Below are positions 39,769-49,410 of a stretch of DNA of 64,000 nt, piece after piece. The translations under genes were made by a program, and so were the position numbers. Each line of letters opens with the position of its first letter. Positions within the stretch are counted from its first letter, which is position 1. The notes beneath the pieces were generated by a model. The model worked only from the letters and a program-made list of their open reading frames with translations, made no database searches and was not told where the DNA came from. Source of the stretch: an uncultured cyanobacterium (GTDB lineage: Bacteria; Cyanobacteriota; Cyanobacteriia; Cyanobacteriales; Nostocaceae); contig CAVUDP010000002.1 in assembly GCA_963740315.1 (NCBI GenBank), positions 3,904,001 through 3,968,000 of the forward strand, written 5' to 3'.

Positions 39769-41448
39769 ATGGCGATGCTTTTTGATGTAGAACAATATGA
39801 GCAACCCAAAAAACAAAGCTATACAGGCGATTGGAATGGTGTTAGATATGACCCGACCTGGGACGAACCCGATGACATTCCTGAGTTCAAAAATGAAGTT
39901 TCCACAGTTGTGGAAGTTTTACAAGAAAGAGAAGAAATACCTCAACATACTTCCTTGCACTGCTCAAAGGTGAGACGCGAGAAAAAATCTTCCGACCGCT
40001 GGTACACACCGCCCTATATAGTTGAACTAGTAGTCCAGGTGCTTGGAGAAATAGACCTAGACCCTTGTGCGGATGATGGTAAACACATCTCTTGCAAACG
40101 ACATTACACAAAGGACGATGACGGATTGATTAAAGAATGGGAAGGACGTGTATTCATGAACCCACCTTACTCCCAACCAGGTGTATGGATGGAGAAACTG
40201 CAAGCTGAAATTAAATCGAAACGAGTTACCGAAGCTATTGCACTTGTCCCGGCTGCCACAGACACTAAATGGTTGTCTCCAGTATTGAAATCTCAACCCG
40301 TTTGTTTCTGGACGGGACGGATTAAATTTTTAAGTGAAGATTATCAACCTAGAAACTCAGCACGGCAATCTCATGTGTTGGTTTACTGGGGGTTAAGAAG
40401 CGAGCGGTTTAGGGAGGTGTTTGAACCGCATGGTTTTGTGTCTTTACCAAGCCATTTCCTAGAGGATAAGCTAACAGATAAGATATCCTCTAGGAAAGTA
40501 CGTGAAGATGAAGAATTCCCCTTAGATAAGTCAGATGAGAATATATCCTCTAGGAAAACGAGTGATAGCGAAAAGTTCCTCTTAGATAAGCCAGCAGATA
40601 AAATATCCTCTAGGAAAGTGTGTGAAGATGAAGAATTCCTCTTAGATAAGTCAGATGAGAATATATCCTCTAGGAAAGTATGTGAAGATGAAGAATTCCC
40701 CTTAGATAAGTCAGATGAAAATATATCCTCTAGGAAAACAGGTGATAGCGAAAAGTTCCTCTTAGATAAGCCAGCAGATAAAATATCCTCTAGGAAAGTA
40801 TGTGAAGATGAAGAATTCCCCTTAGATAAGTCAGATGAAAATATATCCTCTAGGAAAACAGGTGATAGCGAAAAGTTCCTCTTAGATAAGCCAGCAGATA
40901 AAATATCCTCTAGGAAAGTATGTGAAGATGAAGAATTCCCCTTAGATAAGTCAGATGAAAATATATCCTCTAGGAAAACAGGTGATAGCGAAAAGTTCCT
41001 AGAGGATAACTCAGCAGATAAAATATCCTCTAGGAAACTATATGAAGATGAAGAATTCCCCTTAGATAAGTCAGATGAAAATATATCCTCTAGGAAAACA
41101 GGTGATAGCGAAAAGTTCCTAGAGGATAACTCAGCAGATAAAATATCCTCTAGGAAACTATATGAAGATGAAGAATTCCCCTTAGATAAGTCAGATGAAA
41201 ATATATCCTCTAGAAAAACGCGCCGACATAAGGGTGATGGGAGCGGCTGCATTTATTACCGCACTGTTACCAAGAAAGGTAAAGAATATTGTGAGGCATA
41301 TTATCAGTACGAAATTTGGGTAATGGGCGATCGCCTAATTAAGTCATCAAGGTACATTTCCAAGGGAACTTTATCTAAGGTACAGCGGATGGAGGTAGAA
41401 AAAGCACCTGTAAAAGAAATATTAAGGGTGTTAAGAATAAATTGTTAA
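39769..41448 (+). CDS. Phage-type DNA N6-adenine methyltransferase fused to a 20-aa repeat tract and a basic C-terminal domain
   Basis: WYTP, IDLDPC, DDGL, VFMNPPYS, GRIKF; GAGGA RBS before ATG 39769. Confidence 0.82.
   Translation: MAMLFDVEQYEQPKKQSYTGDWNGVRYDPTWDEPDDIPEFKNEVSTVVEVLQEREEIPQHTSLHCSKVRREKKSSDRWYTPPYIVELVVQVLGEIDLDPCADDGKHISCKRHYTKDDDGLIKEWEGRVFMNPPYSQPGVWMEKLQAEIKSKRVTEAIALVPAATDTKWLSPVLKSQPVCFWTGRIKFLSEDYQPRNSARQSHVLVYWGLRSERFREVFEPHGFVSLPSHFLEDKLTDKISSRKVREDEEFPLDKSDENISSRKTSDSEKFLLDKPADKISSRKVCEDEEFLLDKSDENISSRKVCEDEEFPLDKSDENISSRKTGDSEKFLLDKPADKISSRKVCEDEEFPLDKSDENISSRKTGDSEKFLLDKPADKISSRKVCEDEEFPLDKSDENISSRKTGDSEKFLEDNSADKISSRKLYEDEEFPLDKSDENISSRKTGDSEKFLEDNSADKISSRKLYEDEEFPLDKSDENISSRKTRRHKGDGSGCIYYRTVTKKGKEYCEAYYQYEIWVMGDRLIKSSRYISKGTLSKVQRMEVEKAPVKEILRVLRINC
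40455..41217. repeat. 13 x 60-bp tandem repeat (largely 120-bp dimers) with internal inverted repeats
   Basis: Each unit ends ATATCCTCTAGRAAA; first unit is TTTCCTAGAGGATA-N15-TATCCTCTAGGAAA. Confidence 0.92.
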
Positions 41449-41543
41449 TACGACTGTTTCCAAATCTAAGCTACTTAAAGATTCCGTCTTCGCTAAATAC
41501 ATAGTTTAATCACTATGGTTTTCACCTTAGATACCTTTTTTTT

Positions 41544-42461
41544 TCAATCAAATTCTATTTGGGAATTTTTGGAACGTATAGTCTTATTAATTTTGGCTTC
41601 TAATGCAACATCATCTTGTTCTTTGTCATCTTCACCAATGTATCTGGTTAATTCATTTTCATCATGTTCTAAATCAAATTTAATACCTCGCATTGCTAAC
41701 CCTTTGAGAGTACAAGCTTGTTTATTTCTACCTAACTTACTTCCAGCAAATGCAACACCATCTATAGAATATGAAATACCTTGAACCATGCCTTCACTAC
41801 TCAACTTCAACGATGTTTCTACACCATTCACTTTCAACCGTTCAATAAATTGTGCAAACCTCATTCCTGGTTGAATAGCATCTTCTATTACATCTTGAAT
41901 TTTTTCAACTGCGCTCTTGTCTGCTGGTTCCGAGCGCAATCCTAATTCAAATTCTTGATTTTCTCTAAACATCCGTCGCTTTTGTCCGGTAGACGGTGCT
42001 GTGCGGTTTACTTCCCATGAATTCGGTACGGAGGTCAAATTGAAACGGGATTCTAAATTTCTCAAAACCTTTTCTAAGCGTCGTTTATCATACCAGTCAG
42101 ATACGCATTCACCATCTATATTGATACGACTTGCAGCAATATGGAGGTGGAAATGATTACAGTCATTGTGGGATGCAGCAAAATAGAGGTTTTTCTCAAA
42201 CCCCATACCTTTGAGTGTTTCTTCTGCAATTTCTTCCAATTCTTCATCAATCGGTTTTTCGTTCCATGGGAAGCTAATACTAATGTGACTAACTGGCGAT
42301 CGCACTTTACAATTTAGTTGTTTTGTAGCTGCTAGTTGTCTATAAAATTCTTGTGGTGTCTCTCCTGCAAGATTTGTACAAATTAATTCTGCTCCTTCCT
42401 TCTCAAGAATATATTTAGTTAATCCTGCAAAGCTTTTACCTTTTTTAATCTTGCCAATCAT
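41544..42461 (-). CDS. Relaxase (MOB-P-like HUH)
   Basis: GKSFAGLTKYI (catalytic Tyr), HISISF, HNDCNHFHLHIAASRI. Confidence 0.9.
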   Translation of the reverse strand: MIGKIKKGKSFAGLTKYILEKEGAELICTNLAGETPQEFYRQLAATKQLNCKVRSPVSHISISFPWNEKPIDEELEEIAEETLKGMGFEKNLYFAASHNDCNHFHLHIAASRINIDGECVSDWYDKRRLEKVLRNLESRFNLTSVPNSWEVNRTAPSTGQKRRMFRENQEFELGLRSEPADKSAVEKIQDVIEDAIQPGMRFAQFIERLKVNGVETSLKLSSEGMVQGISYSIDGVAFAGSKLGRNKQACTLKGLAMRGIKFDLEHDENELTRYIGEDDKEQDDVALEAKINKTIRSKNSQIEFD

Positions 42462-42831
42462 TGCTTTGTTCTAGTTCATCATCTATTTCATCATTGTTTT
42501 CCAAAACCAAACACAAACGTAAGGAAGAAATCTCTTTGAGTAAATCTTCAAAAGGAATAGATTCAACAGGTGATGGAATTAAACCGTTTGCGATAGCAGT
42601 ATTTTGGGAAGAAGCTATTTGACTAATATCTTTACTAATTTTCGATAGTTGCCAGTAACATTTCCAATTTACTTCGGGGATACTTTTTATGCGACATCCA
42701 GACATTCTACGTCTAATCAATTCTGCTTTGCTGATACCGCAAGATTTAGCTAGTGCTTGCCAATGGTCATTCTGCTCCTTTGTCAGCACCATTTCAAATC
42801 GAACTGTATGTTTTTTGTATTTCGGTGACAT
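42445..42831 (-). CDS. mobC: Relaxosome accessory protein MobC (RHH)
   Basis: GISKAELIRRR RHH, L.KIS.DISQIA variant of the MobC motif; overlaps the relaxase start. Confidence 0.72.
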   Translation of the reverse strand: MSPKYKKHTVRFEMVLTKEQNDHWQALAKSCGISKAELIRRRMSGCRIKSIPEVNWKCYWQLSKISKDISQIASSQNTAIANGLIPSPVESIPFEDLLKEISSLRLCLVLENNDEIDDELEQSNDWQD

Positions 42832-43161
42832 TATGATGAAGGAATTGTTTTTTAGTGAATTATCTGAATTAGGGAAGAATTACTTCCTAAAATATTCTAA
42901 TTGATAATAAATACGTATAACACCACTGCTTGCTCCCCCAGCCAGCAGTCAGAAAAAGAGAAACTGCACCGCCGTGGGATAGTAGTGATGAAGAAGGAAA
43001 TACTTGTCAAATAGCTTGATAGCAGACACTTTTACCCTACCAAATACCAAAACTTAAACTTTACATCAATAGTGATAGAACAAATAACTACTTTAGTTAT
43101 AACTTGAGAAATATTGTTATTTGCTACTTTAATAGAGATGCACCAAGGAGCGCGATAACTT

Positions 43162-44334
43162 ATGGGCAGATTAAACAAACAAGCATACCCGTTAGTTACT
43201 ATATCAATAGATTTTGGTGGAAGCGGTACCAAAGTAATAGTACAGATTCGTGGTGGTAAACCGAAAGCAATATGGATGGAGCCGAGTGTAATCAAGGCGA
43301 ACTATGACTCTCTGGTTTTTCAGACTCGTAATTTAAATAATGCTTATCCCGAAAACGCAGCTTGGGTTGGAATAGGTGAAGATTATCGAGCAATTGGTTA
43401 TTTAGCAAGAAGTGCCTACGGTGCGACACAAAGACTAAAACCTCGTAAATATGAACTCGCCTTATTTAAAGCCCTAGCTGCGGTGTGGGTGATAAAACAG
43501 AAATTTAAGTTACCTGAATCCTTTGACATTTCATTAGCATTGCTTTTACCACCAGGGGAATTTGAAGATTCGGCATTACTTAAACCTATGCTCAAGGAAG
43601 CTTTAGCAGAATTTGAAACACCAACAGGAAAGGTAAATGCCAACTTAATCGGTTACGAGTGTTTTCCTGAAGGTGGTGGAATTTATGCCATGTATTGCAA
43701 AAATACGGGTGAAGCAATAAGACGCAAAGTTATTGGTTTGGTAATGCTGGGATATCGTAATGCCTCTGCAATCATATCTCGACGCGGTATTTTGAATCGG
43801 GGTAAAACTGCGAAATTTGGTATGGCGAAGATGGTAGAAAAAGTTATCGAAGGTACATCGGGGCTAGAAGCTGGAGAGTTAATTGAAGCGATTATCGCTG
43901 CTGGTAATGAACCGAAAACACAACATTTTTACCATCTATGTAGTTCTGGTAATATAAAGGATGCTGAAATTGAAAAGATTATATCTGTTGTAAATTCTTC
44001 TAGAGCGGAATATGCGATTGCGCTTGTGAATTGGTTAAAAGAGGTACTGCCTTCCAACAATGAATTGGATGAATTAATTATCTGTGGTGGTACGGCTGAT
44101 TATTTGCGAGAAGAGTTAGACGCAGTTTTCCCGACAATACCTATAGTCTGGCATGGTGATGTGAAAATCCCACAAACTTTAAACGAGCAATGGTTGGGAA
44201 ATCGTTTAGCTGATGTATGGGCGCTTTCGGTCTATCACGGTATTAAAGTTAAAGCGGTGATGAGAGAGGGGAGGAGTGGGAGAGTGGGGGAGAGGAAGAG
44301 GGAGGGAGTGAGAGAGGGAGAGAGTGAGGGATAA
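43162..44334 (+). CDS. ParM/StbA-like actin-family ATPase
   Basis: IDFGGSGTK phosphate-1 loop, LLLPPGE, FPEGGG, MLGYRNAS, ICGGTA. Confidence 0.82.
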   Translation: MGRLNKQAYPLVTISIDFGGSGTKVIVQIRGGKPKAIWMEPSVIKANYDSLVFQTRNLNNAYPENAAWVGIGEDYRAIGYLARSAYGATQRLKPRKYELALFKALAAVWVIKQKFKLPESFDISLALLLPPGEFEDSALLKPMLKEALAEFETPTGKVNANLIGYECFPEGGGIYAMYCKNTGEAIRRKVIGLVMLGYRNASAIISRRGILNRGKTAKFGMAKMVEKVIEGTSGLEAGELIEAIIAAGNEPKTQHFYHLCSSGNIKDAEIEKIISVVNSSRAEYAIALVNWLKEVLPSNNELDELIICGGTADYLREELDAVFPTIPIVWHGDVKIPQTLNEQWLGNRLADVWALSVYHGIKVKAVMREGRSGRVGERKREGVREGESEG

Positions 44335-44563
44335 AGAAATTGATTAATTCTTCTTAGCTATAATCCATTTTTCGGAGTTATTTATGATGTTTACTAACAT
44401 AATGCTGTCCGATAAACTTCTAAATCTTTATGAGAACGTATTGATTGTCTTACCATTTAAATCAATTGCTTAATCGAGGAATATAGTACTATTATACTGG
44501 CAATTATTCCTTCACTCCCTCCCTTACTCTCTCACTCCCTCCCTCCTCCCCAACCCCGAGAAT

Positions 44564-45022
44564 ATGAACAAAAAGAAAGATTTCACATGGCGGTATCAAA
44601 CAGCTTTTGATTCAGACAGAGCAAAAATGCTTAGCTACATCCAGAATGAAAGCTTGCATCCATTTCAAAATAAAACCGTAATGATAATGACTGCTCTAAA
44701 TGCATACTATATGGCTTTAGCACTGTACAGTGCAGGTAGTTATTCTCGCGAAACTTTGGAATTAATATTTTTGGATTCGGTAAAGGCGATCGCCAATCAT
44801 CTTCAGTACGTCAGCATTGCGATAAAAGTAGACGAACACGCAGTTACAGATGTTTTATGTACCGTATTTGGAAGATTAGAGACAAGAAAAACTCAACATG
44901 AAAAGTCATTAAATTCGAGTACTCAATTTCCACCACCAGACCGAAATGAAGAATCATCTGATTCTAACCTACAAGCATGGAATTTAGCAGGAATGACAAC
45001 TGATAGCGAAACATTTGATTAA
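44564..45022 (+). CDS. Hypothetical protein, candidate ParR-like adaptor
   Basis: Directly downstream of the ParM-like gene; function inferred from position only. Confidence 0.45.
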   Translation: MNKKKDFTWRYQTAFDSDRAKMLSYIQNESLHPFQNKTVMIMTALNAYYMALALYSAGSYSRETLELIFLDSVKAIANHLQYVSIAIKVDEHAVTDVLCTVFGRLETRKTQHEKSLNSSTQFPPPDRNEESSDSNLQAWNLAGMTTDSETFD

Positions 45023-45038
45023 TACAGGTTATTAAATT

Positions 45039-45758
45039 ATGGCAAGAATACATTTAGTTGATGGTGAAAAGGGAGGAGTTGGGAAGTCGCTGTTTACCCG
45101 CGTTATGGTTCAGTATGCAATTGACAATAAACTGGAACATACTTTGGTGGATGCAGATATAACGAATCAAGATGTTAAGCGCTTCTATGATTATGCCGTT
45201 GACGCTGAATTTAGTGAAGCTGTAAACAAAGGGGATAAGGCTGACATAATTTTTGAATTAGCGAGGGAAAAACCAGTAATTGTCAATCTCCCCGCGAATG
45301 TATTTCCAAAAGTTAATAATTGGATAAAAAACGGACGTTTACTAGAAGTAGCAGATAAATACGGTGTAGATATTTGTAAGTGGTTTGTCTGTGATGGTGG
45401 TTTTGAATCTATAGATTTATTCAAACAATCCATAAAATTGTACAAAGACAAAATGCTTCATGTGTTTGTCAAGAATTTAGGCAAAACAGATGATTGGAGT
45501 TTTTTAAAGGATAATTCTGAGTTCAAAGATTTATGTAAAAAGCGTGAAAAGACTTTGAAAATAATTGAATTTCCGCTTCTGTATCCGGGAGATAGATATT
45601 TTATCGACTCTAATAAGTTTCGGTTTGATGCAAAAGAAATCGAAGAAACAATGCCTATCATGTCACAGCAAAGATTATCTACTTTTTTAAGTGAATCAAA
45701 TCAAGCAATTGAAACTACACAAATGTGGAAAATAAGGCAGAAGGCAAATAAAGAGTGA
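45039..45758 (+). CDS. MinD/ParA-superfamily P-loop protein of mobilisation regions
   Basis: DGEKGGVGKS deviant Walker A, VDAD, IVNLPA. Confidence 0.72.
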   Translation: MARIHLVDGEKGGVGKSLFTRVMVQYAIDNKLEHTLVDADITNQDVKRFYDYAVDAEFSEAVNKGDKADIIFELAREKPVIVNLPANVFPKVNNWIKNGRLLEVADKYGVDICKWFVCDGGFESIDLFKQSIKLYKDKMLHVFVKNLGKTDDWSFLKDNSEFKDLCKKREKTLKIIEFPLLYPGDRYFIDSNKFRFDAKEIEETMPIMSQQRLSTFLSESNQAIETTQMWKIRQKANKE

Positions 45759-46006
45759 GGGAGTGAGAGAGTGAGGGGTTACAATTTCCGTAAAAAAATG
45801 GGCAGGCTTATTGTAGAGAGATGCCGAACACATCACGAGTTAATTTGTTTTAAAGCCTGCCCATTTTTTAAGGCTCCATCTCGGGAGTGAGGGAGAGGTA
45901 ATTGAATCGGGTTTTAGACCCCAACCAATTACTAGCACGCCAATTGACGGTGGGGTTTTAGACCCTCCTATCTCAATAAAAATTACCCATACATGAGGCA
46001 AGTAAT

Positions 46007-47005
46007 ATGAATTACGACCTTCAAATTTTATACGAGACAGATGAAGCTTTTAACTGCGATGTAATCACTACTGATGAAGAGAAATATATGGGAAGACTAT
46101 ATATTCTTACTACGGATGATAACACCTTAAAAAATTTAGGAATTCAAGAAGAATGGTACCTTGCTCATGAAGAAGCAGATGTATTAGTTAACGGACATAT
46201 TAATAGTGAAGGTAAATGGAGTTTATCAACCCTCCGGAATTTAGAACCAAGTTTTGAATATACAACTCGTAACAAAATATTTGACCAAGTTTTTAGTCCG
46301 GAATATGTTTGGAAATTAATGCATTTTCGCGAAGAAAATATTATAAGTATATCTCAAAAAGCAAGTACCCCTGACAGTTTTAATAGTAGTGATGATAATA
46401 ATTCAAATGGAATGAATAGAAAAGATATAGGTATCATGCCAGGAAAACTAAACATTACTACAGAGAATTTGAATATATTACAGGATTTAATTATGCATTC
46501 ATATGATTCTCCATCAGTTGATTTAGAACACGATTTAGAAACCGAGATTATCCCTGTATATAACGAGCAACAATCAGCAGCAAACAGTACAAACATAACT
46601 GACATTATGAATCACTTTCAACGAGAATCTGCTCCTCTATTAGATGAAAAGGAATTATTTCATGCTCAGATAGATTTAACCGAAAGAATTATGGATGAAT
46701 ATGAGAATCAAGGGAAAGACGAGTTTGTCTTCACACCTTTAGGAATTGTCACAATAAATGCAGAAGAAAGTTGTTGCAGCCTAAAAGATTCAGAAGATGG
46801 TCATACAATATTTACTGCGACTTTTGATGCTGATATTATTCACGGATTAAACGATACTGATGCTCTTAAAATTGAGATGATTCTACATCAGTTTGATAGA
46901 GAAGATTTTCGACGAGCGAGAAGTATGGTTCAAGAAGAAAATTTAGTTAATCAAGATAACGGTTCCCAAATTAACCGAAATACAGGAATAGATTATGATT
47001 CATAG
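46007..47005 (+). CDS. Acidic hypothetical protein
   Basis: 332-aa ORF with GAGG RBS; overlaps the next gene. Confidence 0.6.
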   Translation: MNYDLQILYETDEAFNCDVITTDEEKYMGRLYILTTDDNTLKNLGIQEEWYLAHEEADVLVNGHINSEGKWSLSTLRNLEPSFEYTTRNKIFDQVFSPEYVWKLMHFREENIISISQKASTPDSFNSSDDNNSNGMNRKDIGIMPGKLNITTENLNILQDLIMHSYDSPSVDLEHDLETEIIPVYNEQQSAANSTNITDIMNHFQRESAPLLDEKELFHAQIDLTERIMDEYENQGKDEFVFTPLGIVTINAEESCCSLKDSEDGHTIFTATFDADIIHGLNDTDALKIEMILHQFDREDFRRARSMVQEENLVNQDNGSQINRNTGIDYDS

Positions 47006-47660
47006 TTTACGAAAAGCTAAAAATGAAAGTTATCTGAATAAATTACTTGAAGGAAAAGATGCGGACTTTCAAAGAAGAGTTTTAGCTGTAGCAGTTGAAC
47101 ATGGATTATCTACAAGTGACCCTTTATTCTTGATAATGCTTTCTACTGGTCAACTTCAAGTTTTGTTGGAAGATAAGCCGTCAGAATTAGACCAATTATT
47201 TAAACGTTGGTCGGAAGCAATTTACGAGCATTTGGAGAAAGCAAAGCGTACTGCTATAAGTGGTCAGGAAATAGAAATTCGTTCGATGGTAAACCGACTT
47301 ATTAAGCATTGCGAGTCGAAAGAGCGAAGCCGTTTAGTAGTAATGTTACCAGCGATAGGACTAATAGTAGCAGCAGTTGGGTTTGGTATTTTGACTGGGT
47401 TATCTGTTCCGGTATGGCTAGCTGGTGGATATGCATCTGGAAAACCGAAGTTATTAACAGTTGAACAGGTAGAAAATTTACGATGGTTAAAAAGTTCTCA
47501 AGGTCAGTTAGCAAAGAATATTGTCACTTGGAATTCTGAAAGTTTGAGCAATTTAAATTGTACTAATAATCCAGAGCAAAGGGCTGTAGTTAATAATGCA
47601 AAAGATAAATATATTGCTCGTAAAAGTGATTATTGTCTATTGCGGGTCAAATCACCTTAA
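46995..47660 (+). CDS. Conserved cyanobacterial mobile-element membrane protein (DUF6753-like)
   Basis: G...DPLFL..L.TGQL..LLE..P motif, one TM, W..S..GQLA.NI..WN. Confidence 0.55.
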   Translation: MIHSLRKAKNESYLNKLLEGKDADFQRRVLAVAVEHGLSTSDPLFLIMLSTGQLQVLLEDKPSELDQLFKRWSEAIYEHLEKAKRTAISGQEIEIRSMVNRLIKHCESKERSRLVVMLPAIGLIVAAVGFGILTGLSVPVWLAGGYASGKPKLLTVEQVENLRWLKSSQGQLAKNIVTWNSESLSNLNCTNNPEQRAVVNNAKDKYIARKSDYCLLRVKSP

Positions 47661-47703
47661 TAAAAATGAAAATGCTGGTTTCAATTAATAAATTTCGGAG
47701 GAA

Positions 47704-48504
47704 ATGATGGAAGAATTAAGCTGTTACTATCATCAACAAGAATATCGTTATTTACCCGAAACCAAACATTCAGAAACAAATTCACCGCTAATATACACGG
47801 ATAACAATTTCCAAAGCATCGATAAAATTCGTGCAGTAGTTGTTGAAGACCAAGAACTGATAGTTATTGGTATCAAGAAAGCATTAGAACAATATGAAAA
47901 TATTGAAATTGTTGGAGATGCTTTTAATGCAAAACACGGTTTGACGCTGTTAAATAACCTAAAACCTAAAATTGCCATTGTTGATATTTGTTTACCGGAT
48001 TTTGATGGGATTCAACTAACCAGAGAAATCAAAAGAAAACATTCAGGGGTGAAAGTCATAATCCTAACTTCGCACTCAGATAGAGAAACTGTGTTGAAAG
48101 CATTTGCTGCGGGTGCTACTTCTTATTGCATGAAAGATATTAAATTTGCAAAATTAATCGAAGCGATATATCTCACCTGCCTTGGCTACAACTGGATAGA
48201 CCCGGCTGTTACCCATTTTGTACTCCAGCAAGCTCAGAAAAATCCCATATGTTTCAACCGGGATGGCTCTCGAAGTTATGACGATTTAGATGAGGAGATG
48301 CTTGACTTGTACACCCTTACAGGTAGGGAATTACAGATATTAGACCTAATTGTGAATGGAAATACGAATGCGGCGATCGCTAATCAACTGCACATTACAA
48401 TCGGAACGGTTAAAAGCCACGTTCGCAATATTCTCAACAAAATCGGTGCAGAAGACCGCACTCAAGCAGCAGTTCATGCTTTGCGTTACGGTTTGGTAGA
48501 TTAA
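47704..48504 (+). CDS. NarL/LuxR-family response regulator
   Basis: VVEDQ, IVDICLP (phospho-Asp), ILTSH, YCMKD; LTGRE...TVKSHVRNILNK...RTQAA HTH. Confidence 0.92.
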   Translation: MMEELSCYYHQQEYRYLPETKHSETNSPLIYTDNNFQSIDKIRAVVVEDQELIVIGIKKALEQYENIEIVGDAFNAKHGLTLLNNLKPKIAIVDICLPDFDGIQLTREIKRKHSGVKVIILTSHSDRETVLKAFAAGATSYCMKDIKFAKLIEAIYLTCLGYNWIDPAVTHFVLQQAQKNPICFNRDGSRSYDDLDEEMLDLYTLTGRELQILDLIVNGNTNAAIANQLHITIGTVKSHVRNILNKIGAEDRTQAAVHALRYGLVD

Positions 48505-48640
48505 AAATTTCTTGGGGAAGGGAGTAACTGTTAGCTAATTTCTACCCCATGCTTTGGTGACTTACAATTAGTGCCAGGTCTTAATCCCCTAGTAATTGTT
48601 CATAAAAGCCTCCTGCCCCCTACCCTCTGATTTCTAAGTC

Positions 48641-48734
48641 GGCAATCGGCAGTCGGCAGTCGGCAGTGGGAAAGAATAATAAGATAATGGTAATTGGTGG
48701 TGACAATTATTTTTTCATGGGGACTGCCTTCTTC
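48641..48734. repeat. Dispersed repeat, copy 2 (see 36089)
   Basis: GGCAGTC heptamers and ACAATTATTTTTTCATGGGGACTGCCTTCTT shared with copy 1. Confidence 0.7.
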
Positions 48735-48780
48735 AAAAATAACAAGACAGCAATCGCCCTTAGCCAGCGAAGAAATGATA

Positions 48781-49089
48781 TTAACTCCAATTAGCAATCT
48801 GCTGCTCGACAATAAACCGATGCGCTTGGAGATGAAGGTCTGCGGCTTCCACATTACCTGATATATGTAGGAATGCAGCATACAAATTTCTTGCTCCAAA
48901 CTTCGCCGCAGCCAAGCGAATAATTTCCCACAAGCATTCGTCATCGCTATTAAAAATTTCTTCACTGTCGCTATCTAAGGCATCGCAAAAGTCTTTACAT
49001 GCAACTAAACAGCGTTCGAGTCCGTACTTTTGGGCAATACGCTCACAATCGGGAAGAGTATGAATGAAATTGTCAAAATATTGATCCAT
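48781..49089 (-). CDS. Hypothetical protein
   Basis: Clean 102-aa ORF oriented like the other minus-strand leading-region genes. Confidence 0.5.
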   Translation of the reverse strand: MDQYFDNFIHTLPDCERIAQKYGLERCLVACKDFCDALDSDSEEIFNSDDECLWEIIRLAAAKFGARNLYAAFLHISGNVEAADLHLQAHRFIVEQQIANWS

Positions 49090-49410
49090 GATTTTCAGTT
49101 ATGGTTCGTTAGTTACTCGCTCATGCGATTGTTCGACTAATCCTAACTTCTCAATCATCCGAGTGTGTGAAAGTTAAGAGTGACATTAAACCCTACCCTT
49201 GACCTTCCCTCTATTGTCAGCCGCTTTTTTCAGCGCCTTGACGGTATTGGGGTAGTATCCCCTGCCGCTATTTTTTTCTTCCATATTTCCATATTAGAAG
49301 TATACACATTTAATTAGTCATTATTTAGTTATATGTGTATATGACAAAACAATCCGCCTCGCCCGAGTGCAAGTCCCCAGACGGTCTATAACTATATAGG
49401 AGTCAGAGTA

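Noticed and set aside
40455..41217. CRISPR array
   Set aside because: Intervening sequences are not unique (two alternating types), the tract is in frame within a gene, and no cas genes are present.
40383..41252. 289-aa minus-strand ORF
   Set aside because: Antisense shadow of the palindromic repeat inside the methyltransferase gene.
48600..48965. 121-aa minus-strand ORF
   Set aside because: Overlaps 48781..49089 in another frame and reads through heptamer repeats.
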